Shown: piece after piece, positions 26,398 through 40,558 of the stretch | Layout: each line of letters begins with the position of its first letter | Position numbering within the stretch: position 1 is the stretch's first letter | Assembly: GCA_030141605.1 (NCBI GenBank) | Contig: JAQGDQ010000172.1 | Span: forward strand, 310,001 to 374,000 | DNA length: 64,000 nucleotides | Source of the DNA: Tubiluchus corallicola | Lineage: Eukaryota; Animalia; Priapulida | Direction: 5' to 3' | Position numbers and translations under genes: made by a program | The notes under the pieces: generated by a model | Databases searched by the model: none | Seen by the model: only the letters and a program-made list of their open reading frames with translations | Told to the model about the DNA's origin: nothing

Positions 26398-28697
26398 CCC
26401 TGCGAAATGTGGACTTGACCAGGTCTTTCAGTCGCCCCATAATTGCTTTCCCGCTTTTCAAATTTGAAACAAACTGGCTATGCACACGACTGAGGTTAAG
26501 AGGTCACATTCATTCATTCACAGTGAAAAATAAAATTAATGTTAGTGAAAAATGTATTGAGTGATTTTTTTCAATGCTTTATCTGCCTTGGATGATTTTG
26601 TTTCTGATTGTTTATTATGTTTTTATATGACTGATAGCAAACGAAAAATGTGCCGTAATCACACAAGCAACAAAAACTCATTTGTCTCAGTTGTGACTAG
26701 ATTTTTTGTTAGAAATTCGGAAGATGCGAAATTTGGAAATATGGATAAAAACAGTTGCACATAGTTATTTCTCGCGAATAAATGGTAGCAAGTTATATTG
26801 CCTGAAAGTATTTATAATGCAAAATCAGACTGCCATTTGCATCCATTGTTATGCTAAATACAACTAAATTATCATTCTGTGATTTCTAGTTGCCATGTGT
26901 AAACAACGCACCAATACAAATGTATTTAGGTGAAAAATTTCCCAACTTCATGCTATTCGTGAATCATAAATACATATCCCTTACATAAGTGGAACCAAAC
27001 ATTGTACAAAACTATAAAATTTTCAAAACAAATAATTTTTATTTCACTAGTAAACGAGTATGTCATCTACTGACCAATATTATCAACTACATGCCAGCAT
27101 TAACTATGTATTATTATTAGTCCCACTTAGTTTACTGCAGAGAATTATCACTTGTTCATTATTTTTTATTCCATAAGTAGTTTATAAGTCTATGTTCTTA
27201 CCTAGGCTCAGGATATAAAATTTTATATACATACAACTTATATACATAAAAGAGTCATTAACCTATTCAAAGAAAATCTGGCTTAAAAGGGGATATGTCA
27301 TTAATTCTTCAACATTTTTCATCATTGTCATTCTGCAGCTGACTATTTACAAATTAAAACTGGACAAATACACGTTTAAATATTACTAAAATACCAAAAC
27401 AATCAGAAATTTTCAATTGCGGTATCTCCCACCATCTTTCTAATAATGACAGACCAGTAATAGAATTTTTGACATGTTTTCATATCGAATATAAACAAGC
27501 ATCAAAAAGAACGTATACTTGAATAATTTGTTATAGTATCAAAAAGAATGCATTTTTAAATAATTTCTTCAAGTAATTTGCTTTCCAACCTGTAAAAATT
27601 TGACAATGGCACATGTTAATGACGGTGATGATCTAAAGTCGTCAGTAAATGTACAAATTAAAAAATATGTACGACAAAAAGGCAGTACCACTGGTTTGGA
27701 CAATTATTGAGCTATTTTCTATTTATTGAAAATAAAGAAAACGCTGTATATAAAAATAGTACCTGTACCTCTTTTTGACTATAAATTAAAATCCTTAAGC
27801 AACCACAAAGAGTTGCTACTTCGTGTACTAGAATAATTTTAGTAACTGTAATAAACTAATTGTGAAATTCACTAATCATCATAATAATACTTATAACTAG
27901 TGTCATGTACACTGCCATCAAGGAAAAGCTAAATGCAAACATACATTCAGGTAGATGATATAAAAAAGAGCAAAACAACAAACATCTACAACCGTATCAC
28001 ACAACACATTTTATATTTCTTCACACAAAAGCATGTTACGTTGCATCAAAATGAACTGGCAGTACCGCACCCATGCACATCTTAACAAATGAAATCAAGT
28101 GCAAAATACCACAAATATGCATAAACTCGCAGAAAAAGAATATTAGTGTTCATTAGCTGACGGAGTCATGCTACAGACTACCGATCATCTCATAGTTAGT
28201 TGTTAAATAAACAGGATTCAAAGACAAGCATACACGATTATTACTATTTAAATAAAAAATAAAAATAAGAAACTGCTTTCCCAACACCGTCTTTTTTCCT
28301 AGGTGCACAGTAACTTGCAAAATCAGATAGAATATAATTTTGAATTCGTAAGTAAATCATTACCGACGCATTTTTCAAAATAAACTGTGCAAAAAATTGA
28401 GCAATGCAACTCATCAATCATTGTAACAATTATCCAGATATTAATTATTATATGTCATGATGTCAATGAAAAAAAAAATTCATTGTAATATTATAAAATT
28501 ATAAGTGAAATTGTTAAATTATAAATTCCAGCTGAAAATTTTGTGTTGTAGACTTACTAAATCTGACGTAATTTAATACGTGAATGACTGAGTTATCACT
28601 TGTTGCCTGCAACAAAAGGGAATTTACTCATCAGAAATTTTGCCATTATGCTCAAATAGGAGAAAAATTTGCATGCTTTTTTTCTGTCTAGCTAAAC

Positions 28698-29197
28698 CAG
28701 GGGTGTGCAAATTGCGGCCCGCGGGCCACTTGCGGCCCGCCGAGAGAATTTGTGCGGCCCGCGGAGAGATTTGTCAACCTAATGAAAGTGCGGCCCGGGT
28801 GATTAATTGAGTGTATCCAGCTGAAGTCCGTGCCACGATCCCAAAGATAGTGCGTGTAGTTTTTTCTACTAGATCGGATGCCATTAACCCTTACAAGACG
28901 GTTGTAGCTTAATGTCACTGTACTACACAGACTGTGTGATACACATTACTAATATGCATTGTAATAAAATTACCACTATCTGTCCTGAAAGTAGAAATAT
29001 ATGGTTTGTAATATAAATTTTAATAACTTCTAAAATAGTTTCTTGAGTGTAGTAGTAATGATGTACGCAGGTCGGATGCAAAAAAATCGTTATTAGGCCT
29101 TTCTGTACTTGGCTCCTTGATCAAACTGCATGTGGCCCGCAGGAATTGCGGGAAAGTTTAATGTGGCCCGGCTAGTCAGATAATTTGCACACCCCTG
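28698..29197. mobile_element. hAT (Charlie-like) MITE, 500 bp
   Basis: Perfect 16-bp TIR caggggtgtgcaaatt / aatttgcacacccctg, perfect 8-bp TSD agctaaac (28690-28697, 29198-29205), repeated subterminal tgcggcccg motifs. Confidence 0.95.
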
Positions 29198-30703
29198 AGC
29201 TAAACAATTAGTTCAGTTTGTATACCAACATTTTTACCACAAATTTACTGTACAAACCAACCCTGTGTTTTTAGTTTACTATGGCTTTCACCACAAGAAG
29301 GCTTTTATTGTAACTACAAAGTTTTTTTTTGCTCTGTAGTCTAAATGGATAGCCTAAAAACTCTAACATTTCCACCTCTGCTACAATTTTCTTGGATGGT
29401 CAATACTGTCTTTCATTTCTGATGTCCAAAAAAGCACATATTGAAAATTTCTAGTACATCAAATAAATTTTATGGACAAACCATCTTCAGCGGAAATAAT
29501 GTTTGCTAACAATAAACATAGATGGTAGATAGTGAAGAACTAACAGGAAAGCTCTTGTAAAGTACAGTTAAACATAATATAGCAACAGTTGTTGAAATGA
29601 TTTATAAGATTATTCTCAATACTGAAGTTACAAGTGACAAACCTTAGAGCAAATAGAATATAGAAGTGTGTGAGCTCACAACGAGACGTCATTAATTCAA
29701 ACTGGCCTATTTGGAATCATTTTTATTAAAATGTGGCTATTTTCACAGCGCATTTTTAAATCATCGCATTTTTACCTCAAAATTTCTATGCTGAATGCGT
29801 TGCTTCTATAAGCGAAAATGCATTTGATTGCAAATGTTCTCTATTCGCCTATCTATTACAGTAAATCAGTTAGTAACCTTTACACACTGTGGAAAACAGA
29901 ACACAATATGCTGCATGGTAAACAATGCTGCTGTAGCAAACTCAATGCTCTATTCCATGCTCTATTCTAAGTGTATATTCTAAACCGTACTAAACAGTCT
30001 ATTCCATCCAGTCTATGAAATATACTGCTGACTGCAAAAAGCCAATCATTTACTTCATAAACTGATTTGCAATGCTGATCAATATGCTTTATACGGCCAA
30101 TGTTGAAAATATTTTGCTCAAAAGTATGTTTAGCCAGCTAGTAAATTCAAAAGCTTTGCAAAAAAATTTCTAAAAAAGCAAAGCTTAAAGCACAGCGATA
30201 AATCTATTTATCCACTAATGAGTACAAAAGTATAATGAACCTAAAAAATTAAATCTGGGCTACCTTGCAATTTTCTAGTGTTAAAAGCAAGCAATTTCAG
30301 ATGCTTAGAATCTAGCTTGGCAAATTGCCACTTGTGATTCTTACCTCAACATCTAAACTTAATTCACAAGTTCTTAGCCAAACAAGAACAAAATTTAAAT
30401 TTAAAATACAACTTCATATACTTTCATATTTTTTGATCAAACACGATTAAAAAGTTAGTCTGAAAGTCAAAAGGCAATTCTCACACTGTTAATCTGGTTG
30501 CCATTTAAACAAACAGTTGAGCTGTTTTTACAAAGAGTTTACAGGGAAATTATTCAGTCAAAATTTCAATGTGTGATTGCACATAAATGCATGCAAGATG
30601 ATTTGTGAACAACTAAATTATACCACAAGAAAAAGCATAGCAGATAATTATATACAAATTAACATAATTTTACCCAAAACAGGTGTGGTATTTTAATGGC
30701 AAC

Positions 30704-33700
30704 CTATTGCAGCCGTTGCAAATATGCCTCCCACCCTGCTTGCCGATAAAGCTGCGCTGCCTGCAGTGGATTATCAGAATTAATTATTCCTCGCCCTACA
30801 ATCATGATATCAGACTTGCGAGAACCAATCACATCTTTCGGAGAATTGTACTGCTGGCCAAGCCCATCCCCTAAAATATCCAGTTGAACACCTGTTTGAA
30901 AAAATACATGAATACACTTTTACATTCATATTGACACTTTTCCTTAATGTGGACTACATTTTATGAGCAGGCATAGGTCATTTGAGAGAAATAAGAAGAA
31001 TATTTTACTCATTTAAAGTGTGAACCAAGCCGGTAGTGGTAAACTTAATTAGTTCATTCTGGTGTAAGAGTAAATTATGATTACGAACCATATGTACTCA
31101 TTTGATTTTTTTGTATTACTCACCAAACACAATACTAAACAAGAGAACAGCATTCTAAGATGAAGCTACTTCCAATCGCAAGCACCATACCACGACTGGG
31201 TGACTCTACCATGGACTAGGTTAGTTTTACACACAAGCTTAAAAAGTTGCCCAATTAATTTAACAATGATACGTTTTCACAGCTGGTATAAATATGGCAA
31301 TAAGCACATGTATTAACCTCCAAACAGGACAACTTCAAACCTTCAAGTGCAAAGATAATTTCATCAAGTTTCAACTTCATGACAAATGAAAAAATAATGC
31401 TGACTAACAATAAGTATCATAATCAGATTAAATCAACTACAATCACAGTGTGTTAAATAAAATCTCTACGGTAAAGCTACCTGGAGTAAAATGGATGAAC
31501 ATCGGATTCTCTGACACCTGCCCTTGTGAGATGAAACCAATGATAAAATCTTTATGCTGCTCTGCCATCTTCACACACGCTGAAAGCAATGCAAAATAAC
31601 TTTTGTTTTAGCCATTTTCTGCAAGTCTTAGTAAGCAAATGAATACAACACAAATTGCAATAGTTTAAGTACGATTTATATGTAATAGCTGTTACATAAC
31701 AAGCCTACTAAACCCAACTACATCTGTGCAAATCATTATTTTACTAAACTAGAAAAGGTACAGAAAGCACAAACAACTCCACTTTGACAACAGTACAACA
31801 TTACTAGTATTTAAAACTATGCAAAACTTGCCGAACTTCATCTCCAACTATGTCATTTTACCATTTTTGGAATAGCTTTCATAGTTATAACACTCCGAAA
31901 TACCTTTTGTATAAGGACCTGTTGCCAAAGAACCTTCAGAGCTCATTTCTGCTATGAGCAAACAAGCTCGGTTGCTGGATGTTGGGCTACCTCCATTCAC
32001 AACCTAAAATGTCATAATTTTATCAACATTATTCAACTATAGTATTATTTATTGAGCATTTTAAAATGAGGTGTAAAAATTATCGAGCATGGAAATAACA
32101 GCAGAAAGAGACCAAAAGTATTTCAGGAGCTGAATAAATTTCAAAACACACTACTATATGTCATAAAAACTTGAATGCATGATAGAGTGTCTCTAAAATT
32201 ATTGGACAGTAGTAGATTGTGCTAAATTTTTTTGCAGATAAATAATCTAACATATAACAATCCGAAATTAGTGAAGTCCAATGACAACAGATTTACTTTG
32301 AATGAAATGGAAAGTTTGTTAATAATTGAAATGTTAGTCTTGGTACTGCCAAGGCAGTTATGATAACAACAGTTTTGAAGGAAAATAGATATCACAGCCT
32401 ACAAGTGTAATACAGTATACCTTTCTCCACAAAAAACAGCAACAGTTTCTATGATTAAAAAAACAAATATAAACATAACTACTTGTATATAGACATGCAT
32501 CATCAGTATGACTTCTTTTGAGAAACAGAGTGGTGATAGGGAAAACAGAAGGAGTTTACAATTCCCTACACAATTTAAATACAGTAAAACTCTGATCTAA
32601 CCCTAACTTTAATCCTAAATCTAACCCAGCCCTAATCCTAAACAATCCAAGGAACACCTTGACCCCAACACAAATCTAACCCTAATCTCAACCCCAACTC
32701 TAATGCTAATCCTTACCCAAACTCTAACAGTAATCTGCTTCACAAATTATGGGGATTGTAAGCTTTAGATGGGAAAACCAATTCTTAAAATGAAAACAAG
32801 TGACATGCGTCCACTAAAGCAAAGACATAGCTATTTATTCCAAAACAACTATCTGCAACATATCAACCATAACATGGTCATGATCATGCAATCTGACTAA
32901 TATCCTCACTGCGAAAAGCAAACAAAACAATTTTCTAACTTAAAAGTTTTTGAACCACACCATTGTCTGAACCACTGTCTACCCTGCCTGCTTTGCGACT
33001 TTAGGTACTATAATGTTAGAGTTAATCAAGTTTTTACAATTTGGCTCCTGTCTTGTGTCTTTAAGCAATTAGAGCTTTTTTAGCTTTACTAATGCCTCAG
33101 CCCTTATTTCAGAGTTTCATGCCTGATTTCGTGACTCTACGTACCACAGTTTTAAAATTATTCAATTTTATGGTTCAAACAGACAGATGAATTGTGTCTT
33201 TGGTTCCTTGACTGACAGAAAATTGTTGTTAGAGCTCCTAGCCTAGATATCTGTCTGGCAAATTTCATGACTCTAACATCTACATTTATGAGTTAAGATG
33301 AATTTTTGGATGTGGCGACAACGACGACGATGTGTTACAGAATTTATCAGTTAGACCCCATTCATGAAATGAGTTTCAATAAATCTCTCATTTTGGACAA
33401 GTAATGAAAAACTACATTTGCGGATATTTTAAAAATTTTCATTAAGCTTAAACGATGGACCTCATCTTACCTTTTTTAGTCCTTCAACAACCCCTGGTCC
33501 AGGAACGCAGTGAGCATTTACAATATGAGCCCAGTCAGAAATATAGTAGATCCCGCCACCATACTGATGCTGCACGGTATTACCAATATCAGCAAATTTT
33601 CTACACAAAATAGACAGTGGCTTATTATGTAAAATAGTAATACAGTAACACTACACTGACAGTTACAATTACAAAGTGCAGTTTACAAAATAAGACATCA

Positions 33701-36700
33701 AAAATGTTCACCTGTCTTCGAAAATGAGGAAGTTATGTTTATTAGCAATTTCGTTGAGTCTGGGTCCAAATGTACTGCGGAAAGACTGGAAATTGTTAAC
33801 ACTGAGAATGTCAACATGTGTTTTTAGGCAGCAGATATATGGCCCAAGTTGTTCAGCAAACTACAAAAACAAACTTAACTTTAGTCTGCTATGAGCAAAA
33901 CATTCCCATCCAAATGTATTAATCAAATCTCACATCGTAACTGTTTAGGACAAATCACGAATAGGAAATAACTATATAGGTACTCAAAAAAAAATTTAAG
34001 AACTGTCAGAAACAGAAGCACAATAGTTATTAATTAGTGATCATGAAAAAGACAAATACACAGTATCGTAAGAAAAAAGCAATCTTATTAAGTGCAAAAA
34101 TTAACAAAAGGTTGCACAAAAGGCAAGGCAGAAAATGTCTGAGAGTTAAGAGCTCTATAGAAGGGCCTACATTCTTCTATACATCTATAACTTTTGGAAC
34201 AGCATTGAAGAACTAATGCAAAAGACAAGTACCACACAAGAAACTTATTCAAACTAAACTGGAGCTAAATCACAGATTTATGCTTATTGCTTGTGATCAT
34301 GCTGAAGCTCCTATTATGCTAGCTAGTCATGTTAGGTGCATGAAAATTTTGGTGAAGTGTTTCACTATTTAGGCAAATATGCAACAAAGTAACACTAAAA
34401 GAAGTGAAAGGTATTCAAAGCGATTGGCCTATTATACTAAATGAAGATGATCAGTGACTGTCAAATAGCTCTATTAACATAACCTTGTTAATATAACGTC
34501 AACATAACATGAAGTTATATTTCATAATGGTATGAGAATGAGCAATGTCGAAATTCAAGGCAGAATAAAGTCAAGCTGCTAACTTGAACAGCAGAAACTA
34601 GTGCATCACAACAATCAACTGCAGAATACTAAAAGAAGAGTATAATGGGCAGAGTACAATATTCATACGATGAGCAGTTAAACAACTTTTAGTCTGATTC
34701 TAGACAAATGTCATGGCAAAAGTAAGTGTTGTCTGTTACAAATTTAAACAAAAAAGGAAACGTTACATAAGTAACATATTCCTACCATCACTGGTTAAGT
34801 TTACCTGCAGTAACTTTTGCCAGTCAGTGAGATCTATTGCAATACAAAGGTTAGTCTGCTTTTCATCCATAATCCTGAGTAATTTCTTGGTTAGCGGATG
34901 GGTTGATAATGTCACCCTTTCTGTGTATGTTAGCGACTGCAAAATAAATTTTTGAACATTTTTAGGAGAAAACATTTATTACGATAGTGATAACCTTGAA
35001 TGAAAAGACAGAGCACATTGACAAGAAAGGTTTGATCACCTTCTTCATCTTTTTAGTAGATGACTGTTCACCGTTGTCCACTGCTTGTTCGGCTCCACGC
35101 ATTTGGTTTTGCTGTATGAACAAGCACACTGAATTGACCGTAGTTACATCAATTTTACGGTGTTTCTGTAGAATGGTGAGTAGCTGAGACACTGTACAAA
35201 CACTGTAAAATGTAACATTTGGTTAGGCTTTTAAAAATTTTTGTAGCACATGATTTTATTTTGATCCATATGCAAAACCAATTTTTAATTTCAGACCCAG
35301 TAAAACCATATAGTGATCAGAACTATTTTAGTACATGCAAAAGCTATGTAAATGAAGAACAGAAAACAATAAGCAGATATATTATCAGAAAAGAATAAAG
35401 AATGCTTAACAGCAATAGCTTTGAAATGTAATACACACTTTAAGAAAAATCTGTATGGCAACAAATCACTATCTTAAAAAACTTGTAAACAAATTCAGTT
35501 TTGATTATTCACTGCTACAAATTTTCGCTTCTGCATTGGTTCTTTTGACAAGCATTCAACATTTCTTCTTAAATTTAAGTACTTGGCTTCATAAAAAACT
35601 ACTTTACCTGTGTAGTTCTATACCCTGCTGCAGTAACATAACTCGCCCACCTTGTTCTCTGTCCAATAACACAACTGCATCTTTAACTACTATGCCAGAC
35701 TGAGACAGCGTCTTGCAAAAATAATTGTTAAAAAATCAATTTAACATACAAAACATAAAAAAATAAAAATGTACCTACACCCTTAAAACACCAAAATAAG
35801 TTTTTTTTTATTATATGTACACCAAGCAATGCAATCATTTAAGTATATAGGATGACTAGGATGTGTAGGGGCAACAATATAATCTTTATTTCTTACTGTA
35901 ACTAGTTTGCTAGCCATATATTTATTTGCAATTAAAAAATATTATGAGTAAATTATACTTTATACATTTTATATAAAAAACAGTACAAAACAATGAGATG
36001 CATGAACATTTCAAGTGTTTCTTGCAAGTTGCAAACTTCATAAAACTACAACAAAATAAAAAAAACTTTGTTAACAAATTACCTGTGCAGTTTCTAAAAC
36101 ACTAGATCCACTAGTAACAACATCCTCAATAATAAGACACGAATCTCCCATTTGAAACTGCCCTTCAATAAGCTTTTTCGTACCATAATCCTTTGCTTCT
36201 TTTCGTCGGATAAGCATAGGAATGTTCTGGTTTATGCAAACGCACTGAAAAATACCAAACAAGGCAAACAACATATTTTAGCACTAATATTATGTTTGCT
36301 TACTCCACTCAATAATATTTGATGAAATGATCAAAAGAAAAGCATTTTGGCTATATGCCGAACGAGCATACAAATAAGAGTAAAATGATGTCTTCAGACG
36401 TGGTTTATTTGTGATAAACATGATAATCAAGTTTTTTTCTTCAATGATTACTTGCAAAGCATGATTATTCATCAGATTTTCTATATTAATACTCAGCTCG
36501 ATAACTGTAGACTAGCAATACCTGCACTTTTTCCCAATGGGGTCAGATAAAATAGAAATAGAATGCAAATGCTAAAATATGCTATTTCACTGCATTTTTA
36601 TTAACTACTTTTTGCATGCATGCACATATACACACTCCAAAAATAATGCTTTCATATAACCAAAAAACCAAGTCAAATAAAAATATAGGCTATTCAAGTT

Positions 36701-38316
36701 TCGCTACATGCAGGTATCAAAATGTATATATCTAAACAAAAATATATTGATTTTGGTAACTATTAGCAGACGGTACTAAAATACGATAACATTTCTTAAT
36801 TCTGACTAATCAATTGAAATCACAGACGATAATAAAATGAAATGTAAACAACCAGCTTTATAGCACAAGTACATATGCCAAGAAATGAATCATAACCTTT
36901 TAAAACATGTAAAAAGTGAATTTAACCAACCTGGACTTACCGTTGCTATAGGTAGTGCTGTGTATGGTACGCCACATACTGAGACAAAATGTGATTTCTT
37001 ATGACCTATGACTTGCCATATATGTTCTGCAACTTCACGCTAAAAAAATACAGTACAAACAGGACATTTATAAAGTCGTCATTGTTCTAACAATTTTCAT
37101 TATTGCATTACATGTTACAGAAGTACAAAATTAGATACACTTTCTGTCTCATCACCTCTGTAATGAATCATGTTACTATACTAGTATTAAATTTTTAAAA
37201 AATGTATTAGAATGAACTAAAGAAAATCAACCTCAATGAATCCACAATTCATTACACATGTCATAGTCTATAAATCTGAAAAGGTTATAGGTAATGCTAT
37301 ACACTTATGTTATGACAAGAATTATCACCATGCCATAATTGTAGAAAGATGCACTTACATTTTTACATAAAGATATAAAGTGTACACTGATATTCTTTGT
37401 TAATTAGAATGCAATAAGTTCAAGACGTAATTTTATCATATGAAGTATCGAAGCTAAACTGCAATACTCCACTAATGTGCGCGTACGTGTGCGACAAAAT
37501 AGGCTCTACTTATTCTGTCTTACTTTAATGTGATAATATTCAGATATCGTCATATAGTTATAGATCTGCATAGGAGTGATTATATGCTTGGTAAGTTGTA
37601 TAATTCTTATTATTAATTTGAATGCACACTAATAAACTACCTGATTTAGCTTTAAATATTTTATACTCATCTTTACATAAATTTTTAACATTTAGTTTTT
37701 CACAGCAGTGCATATCAGGTCATGTTTATTCTTTATTGTTTACTTTCTTAGTGGATAGCCAAACTGTTGGCCTAATGTCTAGCTAGCTATGTTGTGCTAG
37801 CTACCAACTCCAACCTCCCATTTTAATATACAGCCACCCATTCAGAAATGTTTATATAAATGAATCTTCACCAAACCAAATAATAAAAAAACAATGGATA
37901 ACTATGACTACAGCCATAAAATTCAAAATGGAATAGTCTTAATTTCAAATACTATATACATTACATTTAAGTTCAAAAGATTACCGCTAGTAAAACAACG
38001 TTAAATATTTTCACATGTAAAAATTTCGCCACTCCACGTGCTGTAAATACAATAAATACAGCACCAACCAGACGGTTATCGATCGGTTCATACCAGACAT
38101 AACAACAGCTAGAAAAATCTAGGTCAAGCAGCCGGTTAAATTTGCAGAAGTTTTTCAGAAAATTCATACCAAAATTTTTGGATATGATACTATTACACGA
38201 AGGTCAAAATACACAGGTGACTGTATGCCGCTTTTGAGAGTAAACGAACCAAATTTGACCGCCTGAATATCGTACAAGTGCAATATTAAATCTTCAACAC
38301 TCATGCTTGGCGCCAT
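30704..38316 (-). CDS. UMPS: Bifunctional UMP synthase (orotate phosphoribosyltransferase + OMP decarboxylase), 11 coding exons, ~490 aa
   Basis: Exons: 38170-38316, 36941-37039, 36083-36244, 35608-35711, 35040-35202, 34805-34936, 33712-33860, 33471-33600, 31904-32003, 31481-31579, 30704-30891 (TAG stop). Motifs: [50 protein letters not shown] (PRPP loop), [18 protein letters not shown] (OMPDC active site), [19 protein letters not shown]. Total 1473 nt in frame. Confidence 0.96.
32551..32766. repeat. Degenerate telomere-like (CCCTAA)n tract between short inverted repeats, Helentron/HINE-like
   Basis: About 130 bp of ctaacc/cctaat variants (32597-32728) flanked by agtttacaattccctacacaattt / aaattatggggattgtaagct. 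Confidence 0.65.
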
Positions 38317-39602
38317 TTTGAAGCCTAGATAACGAGGTTACCAAACAGCATCAACGGGAAGCTCAATCGGGAATTTTCCACGACCAAACCCCTTACCGCC
38401 AATTGGTCAAGGAAATTCGTATTACTCATTAACACCTAAATTCACTCTGGTGCTACCAAACAACGTAGATAAATAAAGTAACTCTCACGAACGTAAGTTT
38501 AAAAATTATTGTAATACAAGTTCAACGCACAATTTAACGTTGATCACTTATCAGACAACACGAAAATACGACTTGATTCATAATTAACAGTAGTCTTTTT
38601 CAATTATCTTATAGGCGTATTGCATAGATTATTTGTACGATTAGCAGTAAAGGAAATTGCATTGTTCTTAATGTTTACTATATGATTATTACCTTAATTT
38701 ACTTTAGCACTCAATTGAAATTCTTTGAAGTTATTATGGCATGGACCTCGATTCAGGTTGGCAAATAACAATGAGGTCATCACTAACTGTAACACAAATT
38801 CGGTGAGTTTTGTTTTTGTACTGTAAAACACTCAACACTTGTCACCATGTCTTAGAGATGAAATAATGGCAGGAGTTTTCCATTTCCATTTCATTATTCT
38901 ACAAATTTCTTTAAACATTTTGCAATTTCAGACTTCACTGGAAATCTAAAGTCATTTCTGCAGAAAACAGCACTGTAGAATTAAAAAAGCAATGAAAAGG
39001 AACCAAGCTTTCCCAATAATATCAATTGGAAACACATACACATGTACTACATATAGTGTCATATTAAAAAGTGCTTATGCATATTGTAAATACAAAACAT
39101 TTATTGCATTAGATACTGTCAATTACATAAATTCACCTCATAGAAGAAAAGCAATAGCTAACTTCCTACTTATATTAAATTGTGCATGATAGAATTATAA
39201 ATGCATAGTATATCATATCAGCTACTATCATAAAAAAATCATTGTTATTATTACAAATTTCAGTGAAACTATTAATTTTGTAAAACTTCATACAAAAGTC
39301 ACAAGTTGTAAAGTACAGGAAACAATTTAGAGATCAAGTATAATGAGCAACTACTTTCTATTAAACTGGCTGTCAAGTGTAAATGTATGCAATGTTGCAA
39401 TAACTAAAAACGTAAATACAGGGAAAATAAGTTAATTTAATTTCTCGTTCATTTCCATCAAATAAAATGGGGATAATCAATTCACCAAGTGTGAGATGTA
39501 GTTGCTTGGTGTTAAAAGTTCTATATACAATAAAAGAAAAATAAATGAAAAATATCACATTCGATATACTTAAAATATTTTTTCTTGACAGTATATACTA
39601 TA

Positions 39603-40241
39603 TGCGTGCCTGCAAACACAGACCCGTCCATAAGTCGGCATAGTTACAACAACGTTATAATACTTCAAAGAAAAATGCACCAAAAATTTGGTCAAACGTT
39701 AATTTTTTTGTTTTTTTATAAAAACAAATGCTAATCAAATTATCAAGAAAATGTCCAAAAATACTAAAAATTTAATTTTATAACCTGGTGCACACTTTTC
39801 TGACTAGAAACTAGTACTGCAATTGTAAAAAACTTGTATTTTCAAACTCCGATAGTAGCTACTGGAAGCAGTCATTTTGCTTCTGGTTTTTTCTGTTGAC
39901 AAGACCAGATCTTTGTCAGGAAGAGTCATCTACTGGATTCAAAGATAACTTCCATGTGCTCTTGCAAAGTCCATAGCAACCTCCTTTCGTACGGTTGCTA
40001 AGTGTTTTGTAGAAACGCGACAAAAAACAATAGCTGACTTTAAGAGCGATTTTCTCAAGATTATGTTTTTCAGTGCGCAGCATGCACCTCAACTTCAAGG
40101 TGAATTATATCAGCTTAGAAATAACATGGAGCAATAACTTGATATCAAAATGATCCTTATGAAAATGGAGATGCAGGGTATGTGAATAACTAGAAAGGGT
40201 TAATTGCCGACTTATGGACGATTTTGCTATGCTAGCACACA
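39603..40241. mobile_element. MITE with long imperfect TIRs, TA-flanked
   Basis: Perfect inverted core cgtccataagtcggca / tgccgacttatggacg; outer ends tatatgcgtgc / gcacacatata. Confidence 0.75.
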
Positions 40242-40558
40242 TATACTCTTAATAACAAACAGCACTTTAAGGAATGAGGAAAATTTAACTAGCTAACATT
40301 TCTTGAGAGATAATGCAAAATGAAAAAACTAAAATGTAGGTACGAGAGAATAAAAAATGCATCAAAATCAAAAAGCTACTAAAGAGATTTAATTATCAGA
40401 AAAACAAATTACATTCCTATTTTTTCAAATTTGACTCATTTTCTAGTATTATTAAGATACACATATCAGCAAAATAGTAAGCTACGCTTACAAAACAAGT
40501 TTACTCATCACCAAGTGACTGTGCAGGCAATAAACACAAAAAAATTTTCTGATAGCAA

